DNA of 50,344 nucleotides. It comes from Elusimicrobiota bacterium (GTDB taxonomy: Bacteria > Elusimicrobiota > Elusimicrobia > Elusimicrobiales > UBA9959). Positions 46,187-50,344 of this stretch are shown here, one piece after another. The translations under genes and the position numbers were made by a program. The notes beneath the pieces were generated by a model, which saw only the letters and a program-made list of their open reading frames with translations, made no database searches and was not told the origin of the DNA. Location of the stretch: assembly GCA_027340875.1 (NCBI GenBank), contig DAIENX010000072.1, positions 1-50,344 of the forward strand. The letters are read 5' to 3'. Each line of letters starts with the position of its first letter. Position 1 is the stretch's first letter.

Positions 46187-47101
46187 TCAGCGGCCGGCCT
46201 TCTCCTTCGCGGGAGCGGGCTTCAGCTTAGCGGCTACGGCAGCCCCGATCCCGGAGAGGTTGTCCACCACGGTGGCGCCGGCCTTCTTCAGCGCCTCCAC
46301 CTTGGAGGCGTGGGTGCCGGAACCGCCCTCGACTATGGCGCCGGCGTGGCCCATGCGTCGTCCGGGGGGGGCGGTCTTGCCGGCCACGAAGCAGAACACC
46401 GGCTTGGTCATGTGCTCCTTGATGTAGCGGGCCGCATCCTCCTCGGCGGAGCCGCCGATCTCGCCTATCATGATGACGGCCTCGGTCTGCTTGTCGGCCT
46501 GGAAGAGCTTCAGCGCGTCCACGAAGTTCATGCCCTGAACCGGGTCGCCGCCTATGCCCACGACGCTGCTCTGGCCCAGGCCCTGGCAGGTGACCTGCCA
46601 GACCGCCTCGTAGGTCAGCGTGCCGGAGCGGGAGACCACGCCCACGGAGCCCTTCTTGTGGATATAGCCGGGCATGATGCCGGCCTTGCACTCCTCCGGG
46701 GTTATCACGCCGGGGCAGTTGGGACCGACCAGCGTGACGTCGCGGCCCGCGGCCCGCATCGCGCTCAGGCGCTTCTTGACGCCGACCATGTCCATCACCG
46801 GGATGCCCTCGGTGATGCAGATGATGACCGGTATGCCGCCGTCGGCCGCCTCGAGTATCGAGTCGGCGGCGTACGGCGGAGGCACGAAGATCAGCGACGC
46901 GTTCGCGCCGGTGGCCTTCACGGCGTCGCGGACGGTGTTGAAGACCGGCTTGCCGAGATGCTCGGTGCCGCCCTTGCCGGGGGTTATGCCGCCCACCACG
47001 TTGGAGCCGTACTCAATGCACTGCTGGGCGTGGAAGGAGCCCTGCGCGCCGGTGAGGCCGTGGACGAGAAGCTTGGTGTTCTTGTTCAGAAGTATGGACA
47101 T
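46187..47101 (-). CDS. sucD: Succinyl-CoA ligase alpha subunit
   Basis: [10 protein letters not shown] start with [29 protein letters not shown]. Confidence 0.97.
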   Translation of the reverse strand: MSILLNKNTKLLVHGLTGAQGSFHAQQCIEYGSNVVGGITPGKGGTEHLGKPVFNTVRDAVKATGANASLIFVPPPYAADSILEAADGGIPVIICITEGIPVMDMVGVKKRLSAMRAAGRDVTLVGPNCPGVITPEECKAGIMPGYIHKKGSVGVVSRSGTLTYEAVWQVTCQGLGQSSVVGIGGDPVQGMNFVDALKLFQADKQTEAVIMIGEIGGSAEEDAARYIKEHMTKPVFCFVAGKTAPPGRRMGHAGAIVEGGSGTHASKVEALKKAGATVVDNLSGIGAAVAAKLKPAPAKEKAGR

Positions 47102-47134
47102 ATGTTCTGTCTCCTGTGAAAATAATCGTTCCCT

Positions 47135-47251
47135 GTTCCCCGGGGCGGACCTGCCTGAACCCGGGTTCACTGCAGGGGAACCGTTGCGCGGTTCCCCCCC
47201 GAAGCGGGGCCCCCCTTCCCCAACGGGTCCAGGCAGGTCCGCTCCGGGAAC
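47135..47251. repeat. Structured intergenic insert: 25-bp inverted repeat enclosing two hairpins
   Basis: 47139-47163 pairs with 47224-47248 at 23/25 positions; inner hairpins GGGGAACCG-ttgcg-CGGTTCCCC and CCCCG-aag-CGGGG. Confidence 0.7.
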
Positions 47252-47257
47252 CTTTCC

Positions 47258-48418
<1,161 letters not shown>

Positions 48419-48536
48419 CTAGTGGTCCTCCAGGCCTGAATGGGCGGGCTGCGGCCGACCGCGAGCTCGTCGGGCGGGCGCAAACGCGTCCCGGACGCCC
48501 GCCGCTGTCGCCGCGCGGCGCGTCCCGGGCGCGGGT

Positions 48537-48572
48537 TTGAACCCCGGTTATATAATTTGTAGTATAATTTGT
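48537..48572. promoter_or_regulatory. AT-rich divergent promoter region sucC/korA with a direct repeat
   Basis: TATAATTTGT at 48551-48560 and 48563-48572; TTGAAC-17 bp-TAGTAT on the + strand. Confidence 0.55.
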
Positions 48573-48632
48573 GATAGCAAGTCCAGCCCCGCAGACGGCA
48601 ATCTCACAGTCAAACATACAGAGGTTATCCAA

Positions 48633-50344
<1,712 letters not shown>

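Noticed and set aside
4915..47170. N-terminal extensions in the ORF track (dnaB 4915, mlaF 8355, PAP2 15782, 19236, MFS 29581, 34005, 34334, sucD 47170)
   Set aside because: They run through upstream genes or hairpins; downstream starts match family N-termini, signal peptides, RBSs or stop/start overlaps.
48520..48548. tRNA or tmRNA fragment on the minus strand (GGGTTCAAACCC)
   Set aside because: Only a T-loop-like hairpin; no cloverleaf, acceptor stem or CCA.

Overview
GC-rich bacterial chromosomal window that is almost entirely coding. Gene content and order suggest a diderm, possibly Elusimicrobiota; this is inference only. Housekeeping blocks: rpsF-ssb-rpsR-rplI-dnaB-alr-mlaE-mlaF-mlaD-radA-yacL-ispDF-cysS, then tRNA-Gly(GCC), pyrB, an NCS2 permease, pgm/pmm-metK, serS, rimO, corA, and sucCD divergent from a partial korA. 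I found no integrase, transposase or CRISPR array. The most unusual signals are non-coding: (1) a tandem array of ~100-bp units behind tRNA-Gly, each ending in a copy of the tRNA 3' end and carrying an inverted copy of it; (2) 22-24-bp-phased arrays of a GGG-N8-CCC-like 14-mer in front of two unknown secreted-protein genes, each followed at the same distance by a TAG(A/C)CT -10 box; (3) two ~120-190-nt multi-stem inserts inside operons (mlaE/mlaF and sucC/sucD); (4) repeated leaderless promoter architecture. Notable proteins: an MlaD with a putative C-terminal outer-membrane barrel, three GT-C-like membrane glycosyltransferases, and an exported alpha-glucan-binding pair.
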